Below the pieces are notes generated by a model that was given only the letters and a program-made list of their open reading frames with translations, was not told the DNA's origin and ran no database searches. Made by a program: the position numbers and the translations under genes. Source: Vicugna vicugna (taxonomy: Eukaryota). From it: a DNA stretch of 64,000 nucleotides. The stretch spans positions 2,294,001-2,358,000 of the forward strand of contig MU058000.1 in NCBI GenBank assembly GCA_013265495.1, given 5' to 3'. Shown here piece by piece: positions 13,501 through 24,640 of the stretch; the first letter of the stretch is position 1, and every line of letters begins with the position of its first letter.

Positions 13501-14102
13501 ATTACTGCTAATTAACTGACTGAACACTTCGAGTCATTCAACCATTTTTTTCACATGTAGAGTAACATGACTCCTGTAACTGATATCAAAAGGCAAATGT
13601 ATGTGAATATAATCTCATACAGTTCTCATCTCTTGCAATATAATATTTCTATGTAAGGGATTTTTATTATTTAAATATGTATTTCAATTTTCTTTTAAGA
13701 ATCAAGTTAGGTTAGACTTGCCATCGTCCTGGACGATTTCAAAATTTGTACTGATAACCCAAAATTCTGTAAAGTTTCAAAGTCTGGTAAAAAGTACACC
13801 CCAAAAAAGAGAAGTATAGACCAATCACACTTATAAATATTTTGTAAACAATTTAAACTATATACTAGGTAATAAACTACAACAGCATACGACAATAGAA
13901 TATCAAGGATTAAGTCCTTACCAAAGAGATTTTATTTTAGGGATAAAATGGCATTTTATTACTAAGGTGTTTATGAATGCAATCTAGCCTATTAATAGAA
14001 TTTAGAAAAAAAATAATTGTCTCCATAGAGTCAGGGTAGATGTAGAAAAAGCATCATACAAAAAGCAACATTAACATTAATTTATGTTAAAGCTTCAGTA
14101 AC

Positions 14103-14814
14103 ATAGCAGCTCTTAGAATACTATTTACAGTAGCCAAGACCTGGAAGCAAGCTAAATATTCATCAACAGATGAATGGATATATACAATGGAATACTACTC
14201 GGTCATAGAAAGGAATACAATAATTCCATTTGCTTTTTGTGTAATGCAATGATATTTTGTTTCATTATTTTTGTAAAATAAATTATGGGAAAGTGAAACA
14301 ATCATAACTTTTTAATCTATTATGTAATTTTTAAACATTCCTCCAAATACATGCTATAGAGAAATTATAGGGCATTTTGGATGCGTTATAAAAAGGAATA
14401 TGATCATGCCATTTGCAGCAACATGGATGAAACTGGCGATCATCATACTAATTGAAGTAAGCCAAAGAGAGAAAGAAACATGCCATATGATATCACTTAT
14501 ATGTGGAATCTTAAAAAAATGTCACAAATGAACTAATTTACAAAACAGAAACAGACTCACAGACATAAATTACAAACTTATGGTTACCAGAGAGGAAATG
14601 GGGTGGGAAGGGACACATTGGGAGTTTGAGATTTGCAGACAGTAACTACTATACGTAAAATAAACAAAAGAGTCTTACTGTATAGTACAAATAGCACAAG
14701 GAACTATATTAAATACCTTGTAATAGCCTATACTGAAAATAAATATGAAAAAAGATATATATATTTAAGTGAATAACTATGCTCTACCGGAGAAATTAAC
14801 ACATTGTAAATCAA

Positions 14815-14857
<43 letters not shown>

Positions 14858-14880
14858 CTTCAATAAAAAATTTAAAAAGT
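14103..14880 (+). mobile_element. Younger 5'-truncated L1 3' end (cetartiodactyl-type), containing a 155-bp non-L1 insert
   Basis: tatttacagtagccaagacctggaagcaa...gccatttgcagcaacatggatg...acaaaacagaaacagactcacagaca...tagcacaaggaactatatt...cttcaataaaaaa. Confidence 0.9.
14815..14857. repeat. Compound (CT)n(AT)n microsatellite in the L1 tail
   Basis: Run of ct dinucleotides followed directly by a run of at dinucleotides. Confidence 0.95.
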
Positions 14881-15222
14881 AACTGTTAGATAATATCACA
14901 CACACAGGCATATACATAAACAAAAATACAAAAACATCCACACAAGTTCAAGGGCAGAAGCTTGCTTATTCAATGGAAATACTAGAAGCTTCTCTACTAC
15001 AATTCAGCAAGGTAGGGATAGCCACCATCTCCAGGAACATTTAATGGTCTCTAGGAACTATTAGCTAATATAATTAGACAATAGGAAATGATTAAAATTG
15101 TATGAAGTGGAAACACTAAAGGTATCTCTACTTTCAAATGATATAATTATACATTAAGCAATTCCAAAAGAATCAATTTAAAAACTATTAGAAACAGACA
15201 AATAATTTATTAAAGTAGCAGG

Positions 15223-15391
15223 CAGTATACTGCTGGAGGCAGCTGGGACTGATTTTAATGCAGATTGTTAAAAGTTCAGGGATTTTGAAAGCCAGTGTAT
15301 AAACTATTGGAAGTTTAAAATTGACTAAATAGAAGTATTTCTCTTACAGAAATTAGCAAACTAGTAAAAGCTGCAAATCAGCATACCATTT
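15223..15391 (+). mobile_element. MER63-like hAT MITE with intact 8-bp TSD
   Basis: Termini cagtatactgctgg ... cagcataccattt. Flanked by gtagcagg at 15215-15222 and 15392-15399; 8 bp is the hAT TSD length. Confidence 0.8.
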
Positions 15392-16699
15392 GTAGCAGGC
15401 AATAAAGTCAATATACAAAATCAATAGCATTTCTATGTATAAATAAGGGGTTAACATCCTTCAACTCAACAACAAAAAACAACTTGATTAAAAAAATGGG
15501 TATTCTTGAATTTCAGACAGTACTCGGGTATTCTTGAAAGCAGTACTCCAATGAAAATATACTAATGACCAATAAGCATATGAAAAGGTACTCAACTTCA
15601 CTAATCATTACAGAAATGAAAATCAAAAGTGAAATGAGGTACCACTTCACACCCATCAGGATTATCAAAAAGAAAGAAACATAAATATTGGGAAGCACAC
15701 CAGCAATCTATTCAGAGTAAGAAAGAGTGGGCATGTGAGAAATGTATGTTGTTTTCTTTTTGACTCAAAGAAGATATTAGCATTGCTTGATTATGGCTTA
15801 AAATGAAGTATAAAGAGCAGAAGTTTCTCATGCCATGGAGAAATAATTTAAAAAACATACATAGTTTTAAAATGAGTTGGGGCAGATGGGATCAAAGCAC
15901 TGGTAGGTTAAATTTATCCTTGACAATGAGATGCATTTCTTCCTCTAAGATGGGAGAAAAAGAGGTAACAATTTTATACAGATCTACAAAAATGATAGGA
16001 AAGAGGAGACTGGAAAAATTTAATGATATTGCACAGGTTGAAAATACCTCATATCTAATATATTGCTGTACTGGTTTACAGTATTGATTCTGTGTTTTGA
16101 ATCCTTTGTGTTTTTTCACTCAGTCCTTGCCCTATTTTGGTGCTTCAGTATAGTGTTTCCAAATGAGGGGAAGATTTGGAACCCTTGTATTCTTTATTAT
16201 AATGGTGTATGAATCAGTTGAGCTGACCGAAGTAAGGCATTTGAATACTACCAATAGATTTAATAAACAGAAGTATAGTTATTAGTTTACTATACCCATT
16301 TACACTGGACTTCAGATATTCAATCTGATGAAAATATATATTAATTTGCCTTGTAGATGCAAGGGGCAATTTTCATCATGTTTCATAGAAGAATTAGGAC
16401 TTTTTTATTCCTATCTCAGCCAGTTGTCATTTCCTTATGGAAATTTTTCATGACCATATTATTTTATCAAAGCTCCACACTAAATGCTTTAAGAGTTCGA
16501 TATTTGCAGATATTTGCAGATACTATATATAATACAGCTAAACAACAAGTTCCATAATGTCTAGTTCCATAATACTATTCCTCAAAATATCACAGAAAAG
16601 TCTCATTAATAAAATAGCATTACCATAATCGGTTATTGTCTTTGAGACTAAGAGTATTTTGCCATACTCAGCACTGAATCTAAGGATTCACTAAACTTC

Positions 16700-17360
16700 T
16701 TGAATATTTTTTAAAGTTTGAAAACATTATAGTTTACTGTTTTTGCTGTGAAAGGTCAATGGGCTTTGATACGTGCGTCATTTATGTGTCTGCAATGACA
16801 ATATCACACAGAACAGTTTCTCATCCTGAAATAATTCCTTGTGTTTCCTCTCTTCAACCCTCCCCATTCTGCCCAAACCTCAGGAAATCACTGATCTACC
16901 TTTTCCAGGATGTCACATAATTAGAATCATACAATAGGTGGTCCTTTTAAACTGACTTCTTTCGCTTGGTAACATATATTTAAATTTCCTTCATGTCTTT
17001 TCATGGATTAATAACTAATTTATTTTAATTGTATAATGGTATATCATTGCATGGATATACCACAGTTTATTAATCCATTGACTTATTGAAGGGCATTTTG
17101 ATTGTTTCTTGTTCTTGATGATTGTAAAACTACTATACACATCTGGCTGTGGGGTTTTGTGTGGACATATGTTTTTAAAGTGAGGTAAGTAGAGAGGAGT
17201 ATTGCTGGATTATGTGGAAAAACTATATTTACTTTTTAAAGAAACTGCCAAAGTAACTGCCAGGATGGCTGTGCTATTTATTTTGCATATTTGTCAGCAA
17301 CGAATGAGAATTCCTGTTGCTCCACATCTTTGCCAGCAACTGGTGTTGCCAATTATTTAA
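16700..17360 (-). mobile_element. L1 3' region (L1MC-like), antisense
   Basis: atcacacagaacagtttctc...ccttttccaggatgtcacata...cattgcatggatataccacagtt...aatgagaattcctgttgctccacatctttgccagca. Confidence 0.85.
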
Positions 17361-17869
17361 GGGACCAACTACCCTCACTGTTCTAATTGTAGTACAGTAA
17401 TTAATTACCTGAGACCTACTGGCCCATTCCAGTTCTTAATTTTGTTTTTTCACATTAAGCTTACATGTTCTCCTGAACCACCTTGGAAAGAATTGTTATT
17501 TTTCCTGGAGAGTTTTACAGCAGATTTATTTGTTATTTTACCAGCCGTCTATTTCTCTGGGTTGTTCTCAATTGTAATGGCCCATTGCTTCTTTATTTCC
17601 TTATTTGCTGATGTTGTTATTGTTTCATCCTTCTTTTCACACTCTCCGTCATCTAAATGAGAACTCTGGAAGAAGGAAAAGGTGATTCTTCTGCTCTGTA
17701 CACATCCCAGAACCAGTAATACTCATCTTTTTAAATGTCTATTTACAGGGATATTTTTGTGTAAACTTAAATATTTTTTAGAAATTTACTAAGGCTTTCC
17801 TTGTAGTTTAACAATCCTACAATATTTTCCTTTTTATAAGAAAGTTATTTCAACTTTCAACTGCATAAA

Positions 17870-18700
17870 GTACAGATTCTTCTTATCTTATAAAAGTGAT
17901 TCTTAATATATTACTTGCATCTAATGTAACCCTGATATGAAAAAGGGCAATGACACTATATGAAAAGAAAATTAAAGACCAATGTCAATTATAAGAGTAG
18001 ATGTAGATATTCTAAGTGAACTATAAACAGGTTAATTGAAAAGTTAAAAATAACTTTCTAAAAATTCTTCCTCCTGAGATTTGCAGATGAGAGCTCTATT
18101 AGGATAACTAAACACATTAATGAAATAAAGAAAAAAAAGAAATAATATTTTTAAGAAGATGCAGATAGTGAATTTGGTAAGTTTCCAATCATTCACACTA
18201 AAGTTTTAAAGCATGTTAGGAGAAATAAACTTCCCTAAACAAGTAAAGTGTACCCACCAAATACCTACACCAAACCTATTTAATGTTATTTATTTAGAAA
18301 TAGTTTCTTTATATGTCAGAATAAATGATAGCATATTTAATAGCCACTACTATTCATCATTATATTGGAGTTTGAAATTTCTTCTCCAGAAAGCATTAAG
18401 CCCAGACATTCAGATTAAAAAAAAAAAAGTAAAGAAAAAAGTGTCCATTATTTATTGAAGATACATGGCGAATTTTGCAAATACAAGATAATTAATGGAC
18501 AAATGTGTATAAATAATAAGAGTTCAGCCAGTATGTTTGGTATAACAATAATATGTAAAATAAATAGAAATAATATGCTTTTTAATACATAATTCATTTT
18601 TGATTAATAGATCATAAAATTATACATATCTTTAAAATAGTACTGTAAATAATTATTGTATCAAAGAAGAAACTTGAATAGAAATGTCCAAGACTGGAGA
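17870..18700 (+). mobile_element. Highly decayed L1 ORF2 remnant
   Basis: aaagaaaattaaagaccaatgtcaattataagagtagatgtag (ENYRPISLMNID-like) followed by further RT-like motifs. Confidence 0.6.
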
Positions 18701-19298
18701 TATACATCAAACACTACAGCTGTATGTATATCAATGTTTTAATCTATACTGACAGATTTGTAAGTCTGTATTAAGGCTCATCTAGGTAAGGAGTACAGGC
18801 AACACAGAAAGTGCATAGGAGAAAGTGATGAGCAATCGATTAATTAGGGACTGAAAAATTCAACTCTGCTCTTTAAAAGAGACTGAGAGAGAGAGTAGTA
18901 ATGTAAGAAGAAAATCAGGAATATGTAGTATATGTAGGAATATTTCAAGAATTGTGTGGTCAACTCTGATAAATTTTGCTGTAAAGTTGAGTGAATCAAG
19001 GGCAGACAGTTGACTATTGGATTTGGCAAGGTGCCCGCCATAATTAACCTTAAAGAGAGCCTTTTCCACATGGCAATGGGCTGACTACCTCTGTGAATTA
19101 CCTGTATGACAGTGTATTCTTTTCTATATTTGGCTGCATTGAAGTCGAGAGGCTGGACCCAGTATTGTTTAATATCGGAAGTAGAAAGTGTCTGGTTAGG
19201 GAGATATTGACCATTTTGTCAGCTTATATATGACTTTCTTTCTTTGATACACAAAATAAACTTATTCCAACATTATGTTGTTTGAATTAAAGACAACA

Positions 19299-19452
19299 CC
19301 GTGTTTCATCAAATATGAGATGCTGCCAATCACAAGATGCACCATTAACCATAGCCAATGAAATTATAGCAATGCCATCAATTGTAAGGCATACCAGTTA
19401 CAGAGATGTTAGGATGTAGAGCCAATTGTGTCTTTGAATTGATGAAGTATTA
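19299..19452 (-). mobile_element. MER104/Kanga-like TcMar-Tc2 MITE
   Basis: Inverted termini ccgtgtttcatcaaat ... gaattgatgaagtat; internal aatgccatcaattgtaaggcat...cagagatgtta. Confidence 0.65.
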
Positions 19453-20810
19453 TAAATCTCCTCTTAAATAAGTTGAGATATTACTTTTGCATTAAGCAAA
19501 TTCACAAAGAAATCAATCAGTAAACAAAGAAATAGTTCCAGGCCAATGATGGATTCCTTAGCATCCAGGCAATAAATATAAGAATATTCCCTAATAGCAA
19601 ATACAGATTCAGTAAAGAGAATATAGAAAAGAAAAAGCTATTCTGTGCTAACGTGTAACTGTATTTGAATCTCGCACTGTGTCTATCTTGCTTGCTTTAG
19701 TGTCTTCTTGTGGTTGATGCACAGCATTTATTTTTTAAATTAATTAATGTTGTATTATGTAGATTAATGAAACATTGGTGAAGTTTTGAAATAGTAGGGT
19801 TGTTTGAAATTTTGATTTCCAGGTCACTGGAAGATCCCTAATTTGAGAAAAATAAAAAGATAAATATTTATAAATATTTATAAATATTTAAAAATTTATA
19901 AATTACTAAGAATGCGCTTTATGGTAACTTGGTAGCAAAAATATTAACATGATACTCATGTGTGCTAGAAGTGGTTTTCTCTTTTTTTTTTTAGGCCAAG
20001 TCAGTAATGTTTTAAAGTGGTGAACAATTTTCTTTCTCTTTCTTTCTCTTTGTCTCTGTCAGTCTTCTTCCGGATTGTGCATGGGACTATGATGAGATTT
20101 ATCTGAAGACATAACAAATTCAATTTAAAAAGAATGTTAACTTGGGTGGGCCTCAGATAACCATGGGTCTCTGATATGGATGGGAGCTCCTTTTAGAAGC
20201 GATGGATTTAGAAAGCATAGGCAGAAACTACATTTCATTACTTCTTTGAAGGATATTTTAAATGCTAACATTATTTTTATCCATTCCTTTAATACACAGC
20301 GTAGTTGTCCCTCAGGTTTTAAGTAACTTTGTGACTGGGGCCGCTGTATTTCTAGTCATTACCTGATTAGTCTTTAATAGAATGAAAGTTGCCAATGGCA
20401 AGTCATTCTAATATAACATTTTGAGGAAATACTATGTGAAAAATCTGCATATTAAAGCACGAAAAGTCTTTGAAATTCAGCATTAGGTCTTTCTACTTAC
20501 AGAATCTTTCAAGGTAAGAAAACACAATATATTTAAGTGGATTTATACATAGTGGTATAAGGTGACGTACCTCATGCAGACTGATACAAAATTTATTGAA
20601 CGCATGGCCTAGTTACCGGAAAGAATTGCCCTCTAGATTATTTACGCAGGATGAAATGAAGGCTGTGCTAATACTCACACAGCAGCAGGCCTATTTCATT
20701 TATATGTACAGAAATGTTTTAAAAACTTTGAAAGAACACATATTTATCATATTCTCTTATCTAGTTAGATTTTGGAGTAGAAAAAAATTAAAAGATAATT
20801 AGGTAGTCAT

Positions 20811-21405
20811 TGTCGGAGCCAGCCGACAATCGATCAGGTCCAGAAACCTGTGCTGCAGGACTGAGAAAAGGAAAGACGTAACAAAAAGACAGCAAGACAA
20901 GACTAAAAGGTGGGGTTGAGAGGGTCTCACTCTAGCCCGCAAGACGCTAGGTCAAGAGTGGACGACGAGTTTATTTCAGGTGGTTCTTTTATATGATTTT
21001 AACCCATTAGCTCATACATTCCTGCACGTAGGCAATAAAGCCTAACCTCGTGACTCGTATACATTCAACTCAGGTGATACATTCAACTCAGGTGATTGTT
21101 CTCTAAAAGGATCACTGATTTGTGTGCCAATTGTATCTCTCCCTCCGAAGGTCTTTTGTGACTTAATAGCTCAAAGATGTTTCCTCAGGCATTAGCGCAC
21201 CTGGTGCATTCTTTAGTAAAAGAGGTGGCGGGACAGAGATTGTTCTAACTCAATTGACCTTTGAGCCGGGCGCCCCGCACTGTGGGAGTTTAGGCCCAAC
21301 CTTTGTGCTCGGCAGCCTCAATCTCAGAGCCTGGCGCCCTGCACTTTGGGGTTTTACGCCCAAGTTTTGTGCTCGGCAGCCCTCCGTCACGAGCGGCTCC
21401 CCGCA
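20811..21405 (-). mobile_element. Young solo ERV LTR (ERV2/betaretrovirus-like), 595 bp
   Basis: TG...CA termini and a perfect gtcat TSD (20806-20810, 21406-21410). Many CpGs. Minus-strand start TGCGGGGAGCCG; TATA at about 20987-20994 and AATAAA at 20970-20975. Confidence 0.9.
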
Positions 21406-22249
21406 GTCATAAGGAACAGGAAATATGTTTACGATTTATAGCTTTTCTGTAGAACAAGTAAATAAGCTAGTAAGAATGTATTTGGAAAGAGAATCAATGA
21501 TCTGGAAGAAATTTTCTAAGAGAAATTTGGCTGGTTAAGAAAAATACACATAAAATCTGTCTAATATAGAAAAAGAGGAATCATTATCGAGAAAGAAAAT
21601 CCATAGTGGATGGCATTTCAAAAAGAAGCAAATATAACTGAATTAAAAATAGTATGTAGGACCTCAAAGAGGCCTACTTAAGTAAAGAGTGGGTAAAATG
21701 AACCAAATGAACTTGAAATGTTTAAAAAATGGTACATTATATCTAATGGTAAAAATTTACCCCTAAAATTTGATAGAAGAAAGAACGACTATACTTTTTG
21801 AACAGTGTCTATATGCGTACATGTATTTGTGTGTGTGTATGTGTGTATGTGTAGAAAATCCTAATTGCTATTATCTGACTACTATAGCTATTGCAGTAAA
21901 ATTGAGGTTGATTTCAATACAGATTTAAAATTATTGCCAAGAAATAGTGTGATTAGTGGTTTCCAATATTTAGCTCTCTAGGATATGTGATTCTGATGGA
22001 AGAGAGTTCTATACACTTCTGAAATGACAGTAAAATAAATCATGACAAACATAGTAAAACTGGTTGATGACATGGACATTAATACAAATTTGAATATGAA
22101 AATCTATTTATCTAGGAATACACCTAAAACAAAAATTGAGAAGTAGATGAGTGTGAAAGAGGTAAGATCAGAAAATACGGATGAAACCCAAGAATAGGAT
22201 TTAAAAGTTTATGAGCGATTTTAAACAGTAATATAACCAAGTTCACATT

Positions 22250-23137
22250 TTCAGAAGGTCCTCATGAGGCCATGTAGCAAGTTCCCCTCTGGTCCCCAGA
22301 GCTGCATGCTCTAGGGGTGCCCTTCTGTTGTGGTGGGCTGGCTACTGCAGGTGTCTTAGTAGGCAGGGGTGGCCCTTGGACCTTTGGCTGCAGGGTCATG
22401 TCCCCTGTGGTGGCTGGGGACCCACTGGAAGGTGAGACTGGGTCCCTGCACAGTTGTCTTCATGGCCAGGGAGACTTGGGGCTGGTACAAGCCACGGGTA
22501 GGCAGGGCCAGATCCCTGGCGTTGACAGGCTAGAGCAAGGATTCCAAAATGGTGCTTGCTGGTGCCGAAGCTGTCACAGTGGGACAAGCTCTCCTAAATG
22601 GCTGCTGCCAGCATCTCCATCCCCAGGGGTCTCCATCCCCAGGAAGCTCTCCAAGATCAGCTAGTGGGTCTGACCCAGGCTCCTTTTAAACTGCTGCCTT
22701 TGTGTTGAGACTCGTATGAAACTTTGCACACACGCTTTAAGAGCAGATTCTGTGTTTCCTTTAGCCCTCTGGCTCTCCGAACATAAGACCCATAAGATGT
22801 TCTGATGGCTTGTCTTTCTGGTGCATGACCCCTAGGTTGGAGATTCTGATGTGGGGCCCAGAACCCCTGCTCCTCGGGAAGAACTTCTACGATGGTGATA
22901 TTCTACCTGTTTGTAGGTCACCAACCTGTGGGCGTGGATCCTGACTTCATCGCACCATTGCCCCTCCTACCCATTTTGTTGTGGTTCTTCTTTACATCTT
23001 TAGTTGTGGAAAATCTTTTTGGCTTATTTTCACGTCATTCTCATAGATAGTCGCTCTGAAAGAGTTGCACTTTTCATGTGTTCATGGCAGGAGGTGAGTT
23101 CAGTGACTTCCTATCCTGCTGTCTTAGCCCATCTTCT
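22250..23137 (-). mobile_element. Isolated L1 5'UTR fragment (cetartiodactyl-type), antisense
   Basis: Minus strand begins gaagatgggctaagacagcaggataggaagtcactgaactcacctcc, like an L1 5' start; GC-rich body with ttccaaaatggtgcttgc and ctctccaagatcagc motifs. Confidence 0.75.
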
Positions 23138-23984
23138 TGGGAAGTATTTTATATGGTCATAAAAAATGCATTTCTTGTTCAATGATTTTTGCATATATAT
23201 GCTAAATATTTTAGGGGGAAATGCTATCTACCTAGGCTTTTAAGATGAATTTATAAAAATGATTTATGTGTAATGCAATGATTTTTTGATACATTATTTT
23301 TGGAAAATAAATCATGGCAAAGTGAAACAATCATAACTTTTTTTTCTTTTTAATCTATTATATAATTTTTAAAACTCTGCTTTCCTCCAAATACATGCTA
23401 TAAAGAAATTATAGTCCATTTTGGATGTGTTACATTTTTGGTTTTGAAGTTCATCACCATTTTCTGAAGCTTAAGAAGGGATATTTTAAATTGACAAAGT
23501 GAGTCTAAGTGGTTTGAAAAGCTTTATAGAGAAAGATAATATTCCTAAAATGTCACTTTGTCTAGTTGACAGAATTTAATGAGAAATTTTCCATCTTAAG
23601 ACTCAGACACGCGTTTTCAATCAGACCATTATCTTTTTCTGCAATAATCCGTCTTCTAGACTTAAATTAGGGCAAATATGAGAGGCTGACCACCGGGGAA
23701 ACTGAAAAGAAAACTCACTCTCTTTTTTCAATATCACCATAAGTATTCTGAAATATGTATGTTCAGAAACTTGCCTCTGCTTTGTTACAAAGCTAATCAA
23801 TGATATTTAGGTAGATTTTCCTCTCTCTCTCTGAGTGTGACAAATGCAAGTACAATTTTAGTATTTTCATTTAATATAGTGTTTATAGCACAGATTTGAT
23901 TAAACTCACCTGTCCTTATTTACACTCAAATAAAATGTTATTTACGTATTATCTAAAAGCACACGCAAACTTTTACTTTTGGAA

Positions 23985-24155
23985 TGGGACAACTTGGGCT
24001 TGATTCTCAGCTCTGTTATTCAAGCTTATGAATTTGAGAGCTTTCCTTAACCTTTCTGAGTTTCAGTCCTACCATCTGTGAATTAGTGTCATAGTACTAT
24101 CACATAATCCTGTTTTTACAATTAATGTAATAATATTTGTGACATACCCTAAGGA
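23985..24155 (+). mobile_element. MIR remnant
   Basis: cttgggcttgattctcagctctg...ccttaacctttctgagtttcagt. Confidence 0.6.
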
Positions 24156-24189
24156 TTAGTTTCATATAAGCCATTACTTACCCCCTTTT

Positions 24190-24640
24190 TTTTCTCCTTT
24201 CCTCTTCTATAGAGCCTGAAAAATCAAGTCACTTACCTTCCCAGATTCTTTTGCATCTCGGTGGACGTGTTACAAATTCCGGCTAGTAACATGGAAGGCA
24301 GAGTCCCTGGAGAAAGCTTCTGGTGATATATCTTTTATGAAAGAGGCTCAGATGGCATGTCCCTTGGGATTTTTGCCCGTCTTTCTGCCCAGAATGTAGA
24401 AAAAATGCCTGGAGGTGAAAGAATCCTCTTGCAATGAGGAGGATGAAAGCCATGTACCACACACAGTGGAGCTCAAAGATGAAAACAAACAAACAAACAA
24501 AAAATCTCCTGATCAGCATCCTTGAGCCTTTGAACTTACCCTGAGTTACTGTCTCTAGAATTCTTCTATGGTGAAATGAAGTATTTGCTTGTTTAAGACA
24601 CTGTTAGTTTTTAGCTTTTTGTTTGTTTTTGCTTGTGGGG
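24190..24640 (+). mobile_element. Old MaLR LTR (MLT1J/K-like)
   Basis: tgcctggaggtgaaagaatcctcttgcaatgaggaggatgaaagcca...gtttaagacactgttagttt. Confidence 0.65.

Larger units (their letters stand above)
13850..15700 (+). mobile_element. Old L1 ORF2 (RT to 3' region) remnant, interrupted by a younger L1 3' end and a MER63-like MITE
   Basis: gtagatgtagaaaaagcatcatacaaaaag (IDAEKAFDK-like) before the interruption continues collinearly after about 14950 with L1 RT-like sequence and aaactattagaa...gtagcagg...aatatacaaaatcaatagcatttcta. Confidence 0.75.

Noticed and set aside
15498..15549. gggtattcttgaa...cagtactc duplicated
   Set aside because: Local tandem duplication within decayed L1; no further structure.
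19860..19903. Palindromic (ataaatattt)n run as a cruciform or origin-like element
   Set aside because: Short, low-complexity AT repeat expected by chance at this composition.
22317..22664. 115-aa ORF
   Set aside because: Antisense reading of a GC-rich L1 5'UTR with a GTG start.
14103..23137. Idea that the plus-strand L1 3' end (14103-14880) and the minus-strand L1 5'UTR (22250-23137) are one element split by an 8-kb inversion
   Set aside because: The older host L1 reads collinearly across the 14103-14880 insertion, so no inversion breakpoint lies there.
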